Below are positions 27,330-27,615 of a stretch of DNA of 27,615 bases, one piece after another. Each line of letters starts with the position of its first letter. Position 1 is the first letter of the stretch. The notes beneath the pieces are model-generated. The model saw only the letters and a list, made by a program, of their open reading frames with translations. It was not told where the DNA came from and did not search any database. This DNA is from a bacterium. GTDB lineage: Bacteria; SM23-31. The position numbers and the translations under genes were made by a program. The stretch covers positions 1 to 27,615 of the forward strand of contig CBDFMG010000003.1 in assembly GCA_965249485.1 (NCBI GenBank), written 5' to 3'.

Positions 27330-27460
27330 TGTAGGGTAAAACTCTTAATAATAATGCGAGATGTAGGGTAAAACTCCTTTTATTGTAGGGTAAAACTCCT
27401 TTTAATCAATTTACACTTATATATATAACTATTTAGTTCTTTTTACTATAGTAGTTACCA
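27330..27460 (+). other. Iteron cluster and AT-rich tract: candidate replication origin
   Basis: TGTAGGGTAAAACTCCTTTTA at 27362-27382 and 27384-27404 (22-bp period), partial copy at 27330-27344, followed by an AT-rich stretch; upstream of rep. Confidence 0.8.
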
Positions 27461-27598
27461 AAAACGCTGCTGCTAAAACAAGGAGAAAAATCTCTTCCCC
27501 AAATCGATTTTTCACTTTTTCCTGTTGGCCCCCACACAATCCCAATCTGGCCGGCTCCTGCTGCTCCGTCTCCCGCAAGGCCCGTACACACGGAGCCT

Positions 27599-27615
27599 GG
27601 CCAGCTTTCGGTTTA
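27599..27615 (+). repeat. Terminal direct repeat, right copy (likely circularisation overlap)
   Basis: Identical to 1..17. Confidence 0.95.

Larger units (their letters stand above)
1..27615. mobile_element. Probable complete conjugative plasmid of a Bacteroidota host
   Basis: Terminal 17-nt direct repeat; Rep_3 with iterons, ParA locus, relaxase, coupling protein, VirB4-like ATPase and other tra genes; no chromosomal housekeeping genes and no integrase. Confidence 0.9.

Overview
The window looks like a complete, probably circular ~27.6 kb conjugative plasmid of a Bacteroidota host. The first 17 nt recur as the last 17 nt, the tra genes are of the Bacteroidota type, and two genes encode type IX secretion (T9SS) C-terminal sorting domains. 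The backbone comprises: a Rep_3-family initiator with 21-bp iterons plus a second, divergent Rep-like gene; a type Ib-like partition locus (ParA, a ribbon-helix-helix partner and a 12 x 28-bp array); a double-OB-fold SSB; a MobA / MOBP relaxase / coupling-protein module with a candidate oriT; a compact, rearranged tra operon (TraE-F-G-J-K-N-M plus a TraI-like gene); and one dif-like XerCD site. The most striking feature is a tightly coupled four-gene operon: T9SS subtilisin, then a 1762-aa T9SS Ig-repeat surface protein, then a PKD/TraQ-like lipoprotein, then a TraO-like beta-barrel. It physically links host-T9SS cargo to putative conjugation outer-membrane genes. Other oddities are a GC-rich DUF1640/CCDC90-like coiled-coil gene beside the dif-like site and a likely truncated primase, a dispersed 15-bp motif at gene boundaries, a 22-bp exact inverted repeat 16.5 kb apart, and a hairpin-rich GC-rich non-coding block. 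All protein calls come from motif recognition and gene context by eye; no database searches were run.
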